A DNA stretch of 64,000 bases from Minisyncoccota bacterium (GTDB lineage Bacteria; Patescibacteriota; Minisyncoccia; Phycocordibacterales; UBA2100): assembly GCA_043780835.1 (NCBI GenBank), contig JAYWCB010000001.1:103738-167737 (forward strand). The letters are read 5' to 3'. The notes below the pieces were generated by a model that did no database searches, was not told the DNA's origin, and saw only the letters and a list, made by a program, of their open reading frames with translations. The translations under genes were made by a program, and so were the position numbers. Below, in pieces: positions 9,484 through 18,580 of this stretch. The first letter of the stretch is position 1, and each line of letters opens with the position of its first letter.

Positions 9484-9738
9484 TCAATGGAGAAATTCTA
9501 ATCGGAGCGGTTCAAATCCCCACACAAGAACGAGCGAAACGATAGTGCAAAGCGGAAACATAGTGAGCACAGAGTCATGCGGAAGCCACAGAAAATCAAG
9601 CAGGCTACCGAGCGCTACCGCCTCAAGCGCTCGAAATCGAACTGAAAGCACCACAATACACACCGCGGTTATCCACGGCGCAATAAATAATGAGGCGATT
9701 GCACCGAGCGCGGTACACATGACACGAAACGGAATCAT
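9484..9738 (-). CDS. mreD: Short MreD-like membrane protein
   Basis: 84-aa protein with 3 TM helices located between mreC and mrdA. Its start codon overlaps the mreC stop (ATGA). Assigned by position and hydrophobicity only. Confidence 0.4.
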   Translation of the reverse strand: MIPFRVMCTALGAIASLFIAPWITAVCIVVLSVRFRALEAVALGSLLDFLWLPHDSVLTMFPLCTIVSLVLVWGFEPLRLEFLH

Positions 9739-10553
9739 GGCGCAGGAATAATATAGACAAAGCGAATCAGCGACACGTTGACCGGCAATACGATATACAC
9801 TTTTTGCTCGGCGGTTGTCGAAACCGCTTCCACCTTTCCGACAATACCCACGGGATGGCCGCCCAACGTCGGTGCCGTAACCGTGTCACCCACCTGTACA
9901 TTGATACCCCGGGGCACATCCACGCGAGCGTTTCCGTTTCCTTGCCCCGTGGCGGTAACAGCAGCATTTCCGACAACGACGTCAATGTTTGATCCGTTTT
10001 GAAATACCGATTTCACGAGCGTATGCGTTTCACCAACGTCTGCCACGCGCGCGACCACATACCCTGTTTCGCTTAATACCAAGTCACCTTTTGCAATTGC
10101 ATCATTTGCGCCCGCGCTCACCAGAAATGTTCCGTACGGCGATGCGTGATACGACGAAACGACGCGCGCTGTAATACCCGGCGATGATTGCGTAAATCGT
10201 AGCATCGTGCGGAGCGTGTCATTTTCTTGCTTGAGCGCACCATACGCAAACGCGCGCTCTTGCAATGCTGTTAATTGCATTTTTAGGTTTTCATTTTCGG
10301 TGGCGAGCGTGCTGTTTCGAGCAAAAAAACCGCTTCCCGCTACGGATGAACGAGCAGAAGCTGCACCCGTCCACAGCGTGGCACCGGCGCTTCGTATAAA
10401 GTTTCGAAACGGACCTCCCAGCAACGCATCAAGCCCAAAAACACAGAGAATAAAAATTGTTATAAACAAAAGCGTACTTCGTCCCCGTGGCGCACCATGG
10501 AGTGTACGATGCGAAAATTCCTGACGTGCCATACCCGTCACACGAAACGGCAT
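9735..10553 (-). CDS. mreC: Rod shape-determining protein MreC
   Basis: N-terminal TM helix, coiled coil (LATENENLKMQLTALQERAFAYGALKQENDTLRTML) and a beta-rich C-terminal domain. Immediately downstream of mreB. Confidence 0.75.
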   Translation of the reverse strand: MPFRVTGMARQEFSHRTLHGAPRGRSTLLFITIFILCVFGLDALLGGPFRNFIRSAGATLWTGAASARSSVAGSGFFARNSTLATENENLKMQLTALQERAFAYGALKQENDTLRTMLRFTQSSPGITARVVSSYHASPYGTFLVSAGANDAIAKGDLVLSETGYVVARVADVGETHTLVKSVFQNGSNIDVVVGNAAVTATGQGNGNARVDVPRGINVQVGDTVTAPTLGGHPVGIVGKVEAVSTTAEQKVYIVLPVNVSLIRFVYIIPAP

Positions 10554-10665
10554 TGTCTTTGCATGCCATTTGAAATGAATAATGTCATCACTATTGTGGT
10601 TGCCTTTGTCTGCATAGATGGAATGATTCGACGCATGCTATGCCGTTTCGTGTGAATGGACATAT

Positions 10666-11742
10666 TTAGAATCTATCGTTTGCCAAAAGTTCTTCGTCGC
10701 TGCGAAGCATTGCTTCTTTGTACAACTCCATGTCGTTGAGAATAATTGACGTACCGCGCACGACCGCCGTCAGCGGATCCGACGCGACCGTAACCGGTAC
10801 GCCCAGGTTTCGTGAAAAGTATTCCGGCAAACCCCGTATGAGCGCACCACCGCCTGCAAGATAAATGCCTCGCTGTACGATATCTCCGACGATTTCCGGC
10901 GGGGTGGTTTCTAGCACCTCTTTAATGGAATCAACAAGCTCTTCAATAGAGTGACCAATTGCGTTTCTGATGTCTTGATCGGATACGAGGATCTCGCGCG
11001 GCAAACCCGTCACCAAGTCGCGGCCGCGAATTATTGCTTCGATACGATCACGGTTTAATGCGACAGACGCAATCGCTATCTTGACTTCTTCAGCTGTCTT
11101 TTCGCCGATAAGCATTTTAAATTCATTGCGGATATGACTCACGATGTCGCTATTGAAACGATCGCCCGCAATTCGTACATTGCGTGCATTTACCAATCCG
11201 CCGAGACTGACGATACCGATGTCCGTTGTGCCTCCGCCAATATCAACAATCATGCTTCCGGTCGGCTCGTGAACCGGGAGCTCAATACCAATAGCGGCCG
11301 CCAGCGGCTCTTCCACAATATGGACTTCTCGCGCACCTGCGGCGCGCGCTGCATCGCGAACCGCACGCACTTCAACTGAAGTAATACCCGAAGGCACGCC
11401 GACCGCCACACGGGGTCCGAGCATTTTTGATTTACCGCCCTGCGCTTTATCAATAAGGTACGCAAGCATTTCCGATGTAACTTCGAAGTCAGAAATGACT
11501 CCGTCAACAACCGGTTGTACCGCTTGAATATGTGCCGGTGTTCTGCCGAGCATGTCTTTTGCAACCTGTCCGACGGCAACCACTTGTCCCGTTTTTGTAT
11601 TCACCGCAACAATCGACGGTTCATTGATGACGATGCCGCGCCCCTTTACATACACGAGAGTATTCGCAGTGCCGAGATCGATGCCAATGTCGAGTGAGAA
11701 ATAGCCGAGTATTTTGTCTTTAAATTTTCGAAACGAATCCAT
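10666..11742 (-). CDS. mreB: Rod shape-determining protein MreB (actin homolog)
   Basis: LDIGIDLGTANTLVYVKGRGIVINEPSIVAV..., DIGGGTTDIGIVSLGG and the full actin-fold ATPase motifs. 358 aa. Confidence 0.9.
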   Translation of the reverse strand: MDSFRKFKDKILGYFSLDIGIDLGTANTLVYVKGRGIVINEPSIVAVNTKTGQVVAVGQVAKDMLGRTPAHIQAVQPVVDGVISDFEVTSEMLAYLIDKAQGGKSKMLGPRVAVGVPSGITSVEVRAVRDAARAAGAREVHIVEEPLAAAIGIELPVHEPTGSMIVDIGGGTTDIGIVSLGGLVNARNVRIAGDRFNSDIVSHIRNEFKMLIGEKTAEEVKIAIASVALNRDRIEAIIRGRDLVTGLPREILVSDQDIRNAIGHSIEELVDSIKEVLETTPPEIVGDIVQRGIYLAGGGALIRGLPEYFSRNLGVPVTVASDPLTAVVRGTSIILNDMELYKEAMLRSDEELLANDRF

Positions 11743-11757
11743 GATATTTCAACCGCA

Positions 11758-13011
11758 TTACTCGCAAAGGTACTCAATGACGCGGCTGTCCGCAAGAAAA
11801 GAAGTTGATCCGTTTTTCCTATCCATAACCTCTACGCCACCCTCGGCCATTGTCTTTTCTGAGACGATGATGCGCGTAGGAATTCCCATAAGTTCAGCGT
11901 CTGCAAATTTTTCTCCGGCACGCACATCGCGGTCATCGAACAATACTTCAATGCCGTGTTCTTGAAGCTCCTCGTACATACGCACCGCTTCAGCAACCAC
12001 GTCTTCATTACCGCCCGAGAGCACGAGCAAATGCACCGCATACGGTGCAACTGATTTCGGCCACACAATTCCTTTTTCGTCAGCGAACTTCTCTACGAGT
12101 ACGCCCATGAGACGAGTGATTCCAATACCATATGAACCCATCCATACAGGAGCTTCAGCACCCTGCGCATCTTTGACCGAAAGCCCAAGATCGCGCGCTT
12201 TTTCTTGCCCGAAATTAAATATGTTTCCGACTTCCGCCGAATTAACTTTTTCCAAAGAGTCGCGCTCAATTCCGAGCGTTTCAAGCGTCTCGTCATTGAG
12301 CACTTCTTCGTTGATGGCGATACCTCTCTCGCGGTTGATATAAATACAGTCTTCTCCCGTTTCGCAGACAGTCTGGAATTCGTGACTGTATTTGGTAAAT
12401 GCGCCACCTGCCGCAAACGTGATATAGGTGTCTGGCCCTAAACCGAGCCGCTCAAAAACACGCATGTATGCAGGCTTTACGGATTCGTAATAGGAAAGAT
12501 GCGATGCTTCATCGGCGGCAAATGAGTACATGTCGTTCATGACGAACTCTCGTCCGCGCATGATGCCGCTTTTTGCTCGTGTTTCGTTGCGAAGCTTTGT
12601 CTGGAACTGATACACGGATACCGGGAGGTCTTTGTAGCTCGAAATGTAATTTTTCATCATCTCTCCGCTCGGTTCTTCATGACTCCAACCGAATCCGACT
12701 TCACCTCCTGCTTTGAGTTCTGATTTGAACCACACGTCGACGACACCATCGTCCCATCGTCCCGTTTTTTCCCACAATTCTTTTTTTTGCAGAGTGGTCA
12801 TAATGAGCTCCTGCCCATCGACGGAGTTCATTTCTTCGCGGACAATCTGCTTAATCTTTTCTAAAACCCGAATTCCGAGCGGCAAATAGGCATACACGCC
12901 GGCCATTTCTTTATGAATATAGCCCGCTCTGATAAGCAGTTGCGCATTTTTTGCGACTTCGTCTTTTGGCGCCTCCTTTCGAGTTTTCGTAAATAGGTGC
13001 GATTGGCGCAT
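11758..13011 (-). CDS. proS: Prolyl-tRNA synthetase, short bacterial-type form lacking the INS editing domain
   Basis: MRQSHLFTKTRKEAPKDEVAKNAQLLIRAGYIHKEMAGVYAYLPLG matches the bacterial ProS N-terminus. Class II motifs and an anticodon-binding domain are present. Only about 417 aa. Confidence 0.85.
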   Translation of the reverse strand: MRQSHLFTKTRKEAPKDEVAKNAQLLIRAGYIHKEMAGVYAYLPLGIRVLEKIKQIVREEMNSVDGQELIMTTLQKKELWEKTGRWDDGVVDVWFKSELKAGGEVGFGWSHEEPSGEMMKNYISSYKDLPVSVYQFQTKLRNETRAKSGIMRGREFVMNDMYSFAADEASHLSYYESVKPAYMRVFERLGLGPDTYITFAAGGAFTKYSHEFQTVCETGEDCIYINRERGIAINEEVLNDETLETLGIERDSLEKVNSAEVGNIFNFGQEKARDLGLSVKDAQGAEAPVWMGSYGIGITRLMGVLVEKFADEKGIVWPKSVAPYAVHLLVLSGGNEDVVAEAVRMYEELQEHGIEVLFDDRDVRAGEKFADAELMGIPTRIIVSEKTMAEGGVEVMDRKNGSTSFLADSRVIEYLCE

Positions 13012-13210
13012 ACGTTGGCACATAGTATCAGATGCGCAGTCGCGTACAAAAAGGCGGTATTCTGGCCTTTTTGGGCTTATGAAAAAAAGCGCTTGTCAGC
13101 GCCGGAAAATACAGGTACATTCAGCGGGAATTGCACTCTCCCGTGCTACGATCACCTCACGCGGAGGTAGGTACTGTTAAGTAGTGCATTCGTGATCCTT
13201 TTCCCTAACC

Positions 13211-13431
13211 GAGGAAACTCAATGCCAGTCACCGCAGCTAACCGTACTGCCGACTTCGCCGACGTACCGCCCGGATCAATTCCGGCATCGCGCACCGGAG
13301 TGTATCGTCACGATCACTTTACGCATCGTGATCGTGTCTACGCGGCCCACATGCAGCAACAGATGCCTCGCGAAAACGATGTCATCCGCCAGCAACAGAT
13401 GCAACAGCAGTGCGGATCGCGTCTCGACTAA
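13211..13431 (+). CDS. Hypothetical small Q-rich protein
   Basis: 73-aa ORF with a GAGGA RBS-like sequence 8 nt upstream, followed by hairpins at 13448-13515. No family recognised. Confidence 0.25.
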
Positions 13432-13478
13432 TTGGGAAACCCAGAAGGGAGACTCGCCGCGTAAGGCGAGCCCATAAG

Positions 13479-13515
13479 CCGGCAGTGCGTGTGTACGTAC
13501 TGCCGGCTTTTTTTA
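13479..13515. terminator. Rho-independent terminator
   Basis: gccggcagtgcgtgtgtacgtactgccggc stem followed by ttttttt. A second hairpin (ctcgccgcgtaaggcgag) lies just upstream. Confidence 0.65.
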
Positions 13516-13518
13516 TAT

Positions 13519-14592
13519 TTACGCAAATAGCCGTGCGATATCGTGATAGGTCACCGTAACCATAAGCATGATCACGAGCGCGAGTCCGATAGCGTTTACT
13601 AATTGCACGGCAATTTTCGGAGCCCGTCGCCGTGAAATGGATTCAATAATGACAATCAATAATCGACCTCCGTCGAGCGCCGGAACGGGAATCAAGTTGA
13701 TGATTGTCAGATTCACAGAAATGAATGCGGCGAGTGAAAGGACGTAGCCCCACCCATTACTTGAAGCCTCTCCGACTGCGGTTACGAGCCCGACAGGCCC
13801 GACAACATCCGAAAGATCAGGTTTACCATGGAGTGCTTGCGACACAATGCCGTAAAGTCCATCCCATACAACAACAAATGTCACCTTTGTGCGCGCGAAT
13901 CCTTCGACAACAGATTCCTTGAAACCGAGCGATTCCGTTTCGGCGAGTAGCAGTCCGAGTCCGACGGCCGGTCTGCCTTCACTCCCCGGAATAATTGCGT
14001 GCGCAGGCCGCATGATGCCGGTTTTCAGTATTTTGTCGTGAATGTACGAGACCTCGATTTCTTTTCCTGCGCGCTTGCTCACAAAATCCGAAACACCTTG
14101 CGGCGTAATGTCCACAAGATCGGTTTTACCTTCGCGAACCGCCGCGATTTCATCGCCGGCCTTGATGCCCGAGGCATCTGCGGGAGACGCAGGTATAACT
14201 TGCGAAACAATTAATTGAGTATGTGCTCCCCGTACCTCAACCGGATGCAGCACACCAATCATGTATGCGCCGCTAAAGAGCGCCCACGCCGCGAGTGCAT
14301 TCATCGTAACGCCGGCAAGGAGGATTATCGCCTGCTTCCATCGTGGCGCATCGGAAAAGCTTCCCGAGCCATGCTCCTCTTCTTCCCCGAATAAGCGCAC
14401 GAAGCCGCCGAACGGGATCCAGTTCAATGTGTATTCAGTACCACCGAAACGGCCAAATGAAAACGCGCGCGGCGGATAGCCAACACCAAATTCTTCCACT
14501 TTGACTCGAAAGAGCTTCGCAGCAATGAAATGCCCGAGCTCGTGCACCACGATAAGAAACACGAGAATCGCAATGACCAAAAGTGCGGTCAT
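13519..14592 (-). CDS. rseP: RIP metalloprotease RseP (M50 site-2 protease with PDZ domain)
   Basis: HELGH (HExxH) in the first TM helix, a PDZ region (GIKAGDEIAAV) and an LDGG motif in a C-terminal TM helix. 357 aa. Confidence 0.85.
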   Translation of the reverse strand: MTALLVIAILVFLIVVHELGHFIAAKLFRVKVEEFGVGYPPRAFSFGRFGGTEYTLNWIPFGGFVRLFGEEEEHGSGSFSDAPRWKQAIILLAGVTMNALAAWALFSGAYMIGVLHPVEVRGAHTQLIVSQVIPASPADASGIKAGDEIAAVREGKTDLVDITPQGVSDFVSKRAGKEIEVSYIHDKILKTGIMRPAHAIIPGSEGRPAVGLGLLLAETESLGFKESVVEGFARTKVTFVVVWDGLYGIVSQALHGKPDLSDVVGPVGLVTAVGEASSNGWGYVLSLAAFISVNLTIINLIPVPALDGGRLLIVIIESISRRRAPKIAVQLVNAIGLALVIMLMVTVTYHDIARLFA

Positions 14593-14596
14593 ATAA

Positions 14597-15148
14597 TCAG
14601 GATGTCATCTCTGTCTCTTTTGCCTTAAATGCGCCTTCCAATGCCTCGTTTGTTGTATCGACTTTTTCCTGCAAGTTCTCTTTGAGCGCGAATTTATCGT
14701 CTTCCGTCAACGTGCCCTCGCGTTCGCGTTCCTGAATCTCTTTCCAGCATTCGTCGCGAGCAAGTCGCACCGATGTGCGCGCCTCTTCCAATTTGTGCTT
14801 TGCAATCTTAATCAGCTCCGCTCGTCTTTCACCTGTTAGTTCCGGAAATGTAACGCGCACCGATGAGCCGTCGGCAGTGGTACCCACACCAAGATTTGCT
14901 GCGATGATCCCCTTCTCGATATCTTTCAGAAGTGATGCGTCATACGCAGTGATTCGAATAGAACGCGCGTCTTCTACCGAAATATTACCGACTTGTTTTA
15001 AAGGAGTCTGTGATCCGTACGCCGAAATCTGCACACCGTCCAAAATAGCGGGTGTAGCTCGGCCAGTTCTCAGTCCCCCGTACTCCTTTTTAAGCCACTC
15101 CTCGGATGCTTTTAGTTTGCCCTCGACGTGTTTGAAATCGTAGTCCAT
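14597..15148 (-). CDS. frr: Ribosome recycling factor
   Basis: EGKLKASEEWLKKEYGGLRTGRATPAILDGVQISAYGSQTPLKQVGNISVEDARSIRIT is canonical Frr. 183 aa. Confidence 0.9.
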   Translation of the reverse strand: MDYDFKHVEGKLKASEEWLKKEYGGLRTGRATPAILDGVQISAYGSQTPLKQVGNISVEDARSIRITAYDASLLKDIEKGIIAANLGVGTTADGSSVRVTFPELTGERRAELIKIAKHKLEEARTSVRLARDECWKEIQEREREGTLTEDDKFALKENLQEKVDTTNEALEGAFKAKETEMTS

Positions 15149-15167
15149 ATATATTGTAGTGTGAAGA

Positions 15168-15863
15168 TTATAGCATTGGTACTAAAAGCGCGACATGTTC
15201 CAAGAGCGGCTTCAAGAGCGAGCCCTTATCACCGACATACCTGCGCGCCCGATACACCGCTTCGAGTCCCTCACGGCGCGCAGCGTCGGTTCCGTCCCTT
15301 GAGTGTGGCATTGACGCAAGCATGCGCTCCACGGATGAAAGGAATGTGATGATACCGCCGACGTCTCGCCGGTCATCGTCATTTTTAAGCAGCAGAGGTT
15401 TCAGCATTTCAATACGATCGCGTGGTTTTGCCCTGAAAAACTTTGTCACGTCGACTGCTGATTGTTCAGAAATACCGATATCTATCATTTGTGCGCGCGA
15501 GCGCAGCGTCGGTAACAGCGTTGCCGGTGCCGGTGTAACAAGAAAAAACAGCGCATTACTCGGTGGCTCCTCAAGTGTTTTCAACAGCGCGTTTTGTGCT
15601 TCTCCCGTTATAACCGTAAACAGCGCCACGAATATACGACGCCCACCGCTCATAGACTTGCCGTACGCACGCGCTGAAAGCTCGCGCGCCTCATCGATAC
15701 CAAAATGCGGGTATACACGCACGTAGGCGTCAGGATTTCCTATGAGTTCAATCCCCTCTGCTTTCAAGAGTTCTGCCAGTAACGGCATAGTGGACTCATC
15801 CCCTCGCACGAGATACGTATTGCCAGCAAGCGTCATGCGAGTAGTATACTCGCGATATGTCAC
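15168..15863 (-). CDS. holB: DNA polymerase III delta-prime subunit-like (clamp loader)
   Basis: ALLKTLEEPP and TLRSR (sensor-2-like) motifs characteristic of the delta-prime/gamma family. No intact P-loop, as is typical of delta-prime. Confidence 0.65.
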   Translation of the reverse strand: MTYREYTTRMTLAGNTYLVRGDESTMPLLAELLKAEGIELIGNPDAYVRVYPHFGIDEARELSARAYGKSMSGGRRIFVALFTVITGEAQNALLKTLEEPPSNALFFLVTPAPATLLPTLRSRAQMIDIGISEQSAVDVTKFFRAKPRDRIEMLKPLLLKNDDDRRDVGGIITFLSSVERMLASMPHSRDGTDAARREGLEAVYRARRYVGDKGSLLKPLLEHVALLVPML

Positions 15864-16405
15864 AGCAGCCCAATGATGTAGAAAAATTCGCCCTTAAGAT
15901 TACGCGTGGCATCGGTTCGCCCACATCAATAATCGTGCACACAATTTTGTTTATCAGCAGTTTTGCAATTTCGTTTGCCGGATGGATTCCCGTGGATCGC
16001 ATGCTGTTGGTACTCACAACTGTTTTATCTCTCGAAGCGATCTACCTCGCTATTTTCATACAGATGACTATCAACATTACGAACGCAACCGTGCGTGAGG
16101 TCGAGAAAGACATCGACGCTATTCAGGAAGACGTGGAGGAGATTCAAGAGGATGTGGGAGAGATTCAAGAGGATGTTGGAGAAATCTCCGAAGACGTTGA
16201 TTCCATTCAAAAAGACGTCGATGAATTGCAAGAAGACGTGGAGGAGATCTCCGAGGACGTGGAAGAAATGAGCGAAGAAGACAAGGCGGAGGAAGCAGAG
16301 GAAGCCGCCGAAGAAGTACGCAAGGGCGAACAAAAGCGAACACTCGAAACCATTCAAACCGATCTTCGCAAGCTGATGGAAGATATTTCGAAACTACAAA
16401 AATAG
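15857..16405 (+). CDS. DUF1003-family membrane protein with an acidic tandem-repeat tail
   Basis: Two TM helices after a short N-terminus (DUF1003 architecture). C-terminal seven to eight imperfect EDVEEIQ-type octapeptide repeats encoded by 24-bp tandem DNA repeats. Confidence 0.55.
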   Translation: MSQQPNDVEKFALKITRGIGSPTSIIVHTILFISSFAISFAGWIPVDRMLLVLTTVLSLEAIYLAIFIQMTINITNATVREVEKDIDAIQEDVEEIQEDVGEIQEDVGEISEDVDSIQKDVDELQEDVEEISEDVEEMSEEDKAEEAEEAAEEVRKGEQKRTLETIQTDLRKLMEDISKLQK

Positions 16406-16408
16406 AGA

Positions 16409-16433
16409 GCTCGGCACATCATGCCGAGCTCTG
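16409..16433. terminator. Intergenic hairpin (putative bidirectional terminator)
   Basis: agagctcggcacatcatgccgagctct is a perfect 11-bp stem between convergent genes. Confidence 0.45.
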
Positions 16434-16450
16434 TGTTTGCGTAATAGTGC

Positions 16451-16957
16451 TCACTGTTCAAGTATCAACATGCTCCGCTGCAATTCAACCCGCTTCAGAA
16501 GCGCGAGATAACGCATACCGAGGATCACGACACCGAGATGCCCACCGCGCTGAACGGCCGCGGGAACATTGCGCACAGTGACATCTCCGATCTGAATACT
16601 GTCGATGTTGACGCGCGCAAAATTCACGATACCGCTCGCGGTGAGTGCGCGTGCAGTGAAATCACGATCGCTCACGCGAATGCCAAGCGTCGCTGCCATC
16701 GTGTCGGTCAACACGATGCTCGTGGCCCCGGTATCCAGAAGAAATCGCGTAGGTGCTCCGTTGATGGTTCCCTCCGCTTCAAATGCGCCACCTTCTTGCA
16801 GTTGGATAACGGTGCGCTTCGGACCAGACTCCGGCGCTTTGTATTGAGACTGAACCACGAACGGAGGGTCGCAGATCTCCTTCGTTTGTCCGCTGAGCAT
16901 CCAGACGCAGTAACCACCAGCCAGAAATGAGATGCAGTACGTAAGAACACGAAGCAT
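16451..16957 (-). CDS. Retropepsin-like (clan AA) aspartic protease, membrane anchored
   Basis: N-terminal TM helix and the FLLDTGATSIVLT catalytic DTG(A) motif of the retroviral-type/TIGR02281 family. Confidence 0.6.
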   Translation of the reverse strand: MLRVLTYCISFLAGGYCVWMLSGQTKEICDPPFVVQSQYKAPESGPKRTVIQLQEGGAFEAEGTINGAPTRFLLDTGATSIVLTDTMAATLGIRVSDRDFTARALTASGIVNFARVNIDSIQIGDVTVRNVPAAVQRGGHLGVVILGMRYLALLKRVELQRSMLILEQ

Positions 16958-17118
16958 GTGGACGCCCCCTTTTGAATGCCGAACTGATGCCACCATGCTG
17001 GCTTATTGGGCCGTTGTCAAACGAAGCGCGAGATGCTTGACATCAGCAATTAAACGTGCTAAGATAAAGATCGCCTATATTGCTACAATCCTAAGTCACA
17101 ACCTGGAGGCTATCTCGA

Positions 17119-17939
17119 TGCTGTTCCGCACCATCACTGCTGCTGCCCTCTCGCTGTCGCTCGCTCTCCCCGCTCTTGCGGCGGATGCGACCTATACGGT
17201 CAAAAAGGGTCAACATCTGACCTGGATCGCAAAACAGAACGGAACCACTGTCGCGGCGATGATCGTCGCGAACGAGGCCGAGCTCAATGCGAACTACGAC
17301 AAGCAGTGCGCGCGGCTTTCGGACTCGTTCCGCAACCGCACGTCGAACAAAGGCGCCCTCAAAGGCGGCAAGTTCTACTGCAACGATCGTTTCACCCGTG
17401 GGTACGCCCACACGCTGAATGCGGGTCTCGTGCTCAAAGTCGCACCGACCGAAGCTCCGAAGTCGATCGAAGAGACGGTCATCGACATCAAGGGTAACAA
17501 TGTCACCCTGGTAATAGATGTCACCGTGTCGATGAACGACAAGATCTCGAAGACGGCGTCGTTCTACCACGCCGCTCTGAAGCAGCACAAGAAGGTCACC
17601 GCAGTGTACTTCTATGCAGACGGACGCGTCGATCGGCTCGAGAACACCGGCGTCGTTCGCATTCAGGAGGAGTTGGTGAAGCGCAGCAACGGCGGTGTCG
17701 AAAACACCTTCGGCGCTCTCAAGGAAGCGGCGAAGGACAAGCCCGATGCCATCGTTGTGGTCTCGGACGAGGTCGGCGACGACTGGGGCAAGTGGGAAGG
17801 CGTGAAGGATCTTCCGCCCGTCATTGCGCACTGCGTCTCGTCGAATCCCGGCAGCGATTGCCGCGATAGTTTCCAGCGCGTCGCGCGAGAAACCGGCGGC
17901 AAGTACATCGAGGGATACTCCTCAATGGCTCGCAACTGA
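17119..17939 (+). CDS. Secreted LysM-domain plus vWA-like domain protein
   Basis: GGAGG RBS. Signal peptide (ALSLSLALPALAADA). YTVKKGQHLTWIAKQNGTTVAAMIVAN is a LysM domain. VTLVIDVTVSMND is a MIDAS-like motif of a vWA fold. Noticeably higher GC than the flanks. Confidence 0.55.
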
Positions 17940-17966
17940 ACTGAAGTTCTTTCATTCTTTCAACTA

Positions 17967-17999
17967 AGGCAAAACCCCGCGATTCGTCGCGGGGTTTTT
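17967..17999. terminator. Rho-independent terminator
   Basis: aaaaccccgcgattcgtcgcggggttttt, a GC stem with UUCG-like loop and T tail. Confidence 0.75.
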
Positions 18000-18129
18000 G
18001 TTATCGGATCGACCATAATGGACTTTTTTGATTAAAGGAGGACGCTTGCTGTCTATTGACGACCTTATATACTTATGTTTCTATCCTGCTAGCCAATTCC
18101 ACTCTGCTCACGTCTGGGAGACTCCCGCT

Positions 18130-18540
18130 ATGACAAATGGTGTAAAACGGAATTCGAAAAAAGCACAAAAGGCTACGGACCGAAAAGCGATTGCCGCAAG
18201 GCTCAAGGCGGCGCGAATAAACGCCAAGTATCGAACCGCGACCGGAGCTGCGCACAAACTTGAGATTCCTACTCCGTCGTACCTCTCCTACGAGAACGGT
18301 ACGCGGTCGCTTCCGACCCGCATTGCTCAAATTTGCGCGAATGCGTACGGTACCACTATTCAGCAAATCCTCACCGGTGATCACACCGGGAAGTCGCTGC
18401 CAATCAGTGCCAATGCAAAACGCGCTCAGACTTCTGATATCGAAAAGTTATCGGAGCAGCTTGGAACACTCACTCCTTCAATGCGCGCGGTCTTTTTTGC
18501 GCATTTGACGGGGATGATTTTGGTCCTGCGGTCAATGTGA
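18130..18540 (+). CDS. XRE-family helix-turn-helix transcriptional regulator
   Basis: AIAARLKAARINAKYRTATGAAHKLEIPTPSYLSYENGTRSLP...IAQICANAYGTTIQQIL matches the XRE/Cro-type HTH. Start placed at MTNGVKR. Confidence 0.55.
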   Translation: MTNGVKRNSKKAQKATDRKAIAARLKAARINAKYRTATGAAHKLEIPTPSYLSYENGTRSLPTRIAQICANAYGTTIQQILTGDHTGKSLPISANAKRAQTSDIEKLSEQLGTLTPSMRAVFFAHLTGMILVLRSM

Positions 18541-18544
18541 TCTC

Positions 18545-18578
18545 TTTTGCCCCGCTCATCATCGTGCGGGGCAAAAAC
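18545..18578. terminator. Bidirectional Rho-independent terminator
   Basis: ttttgccccgc-tcatcatcgt-gcggggcaaaa is a perfect stem with A/T runs on both sides, between convergent genes. Confidence 0.7.
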
Positions 18579-18580
18579 TT

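Noticed and set aside
16104-16295. Possible CRISPR array because of regularly spaced 24-bp repeats
   Set aside because: The repeats are contiguous with no spacers and in-frame within a coding sequence. It is a protein tandem repeat, not CRISPR.
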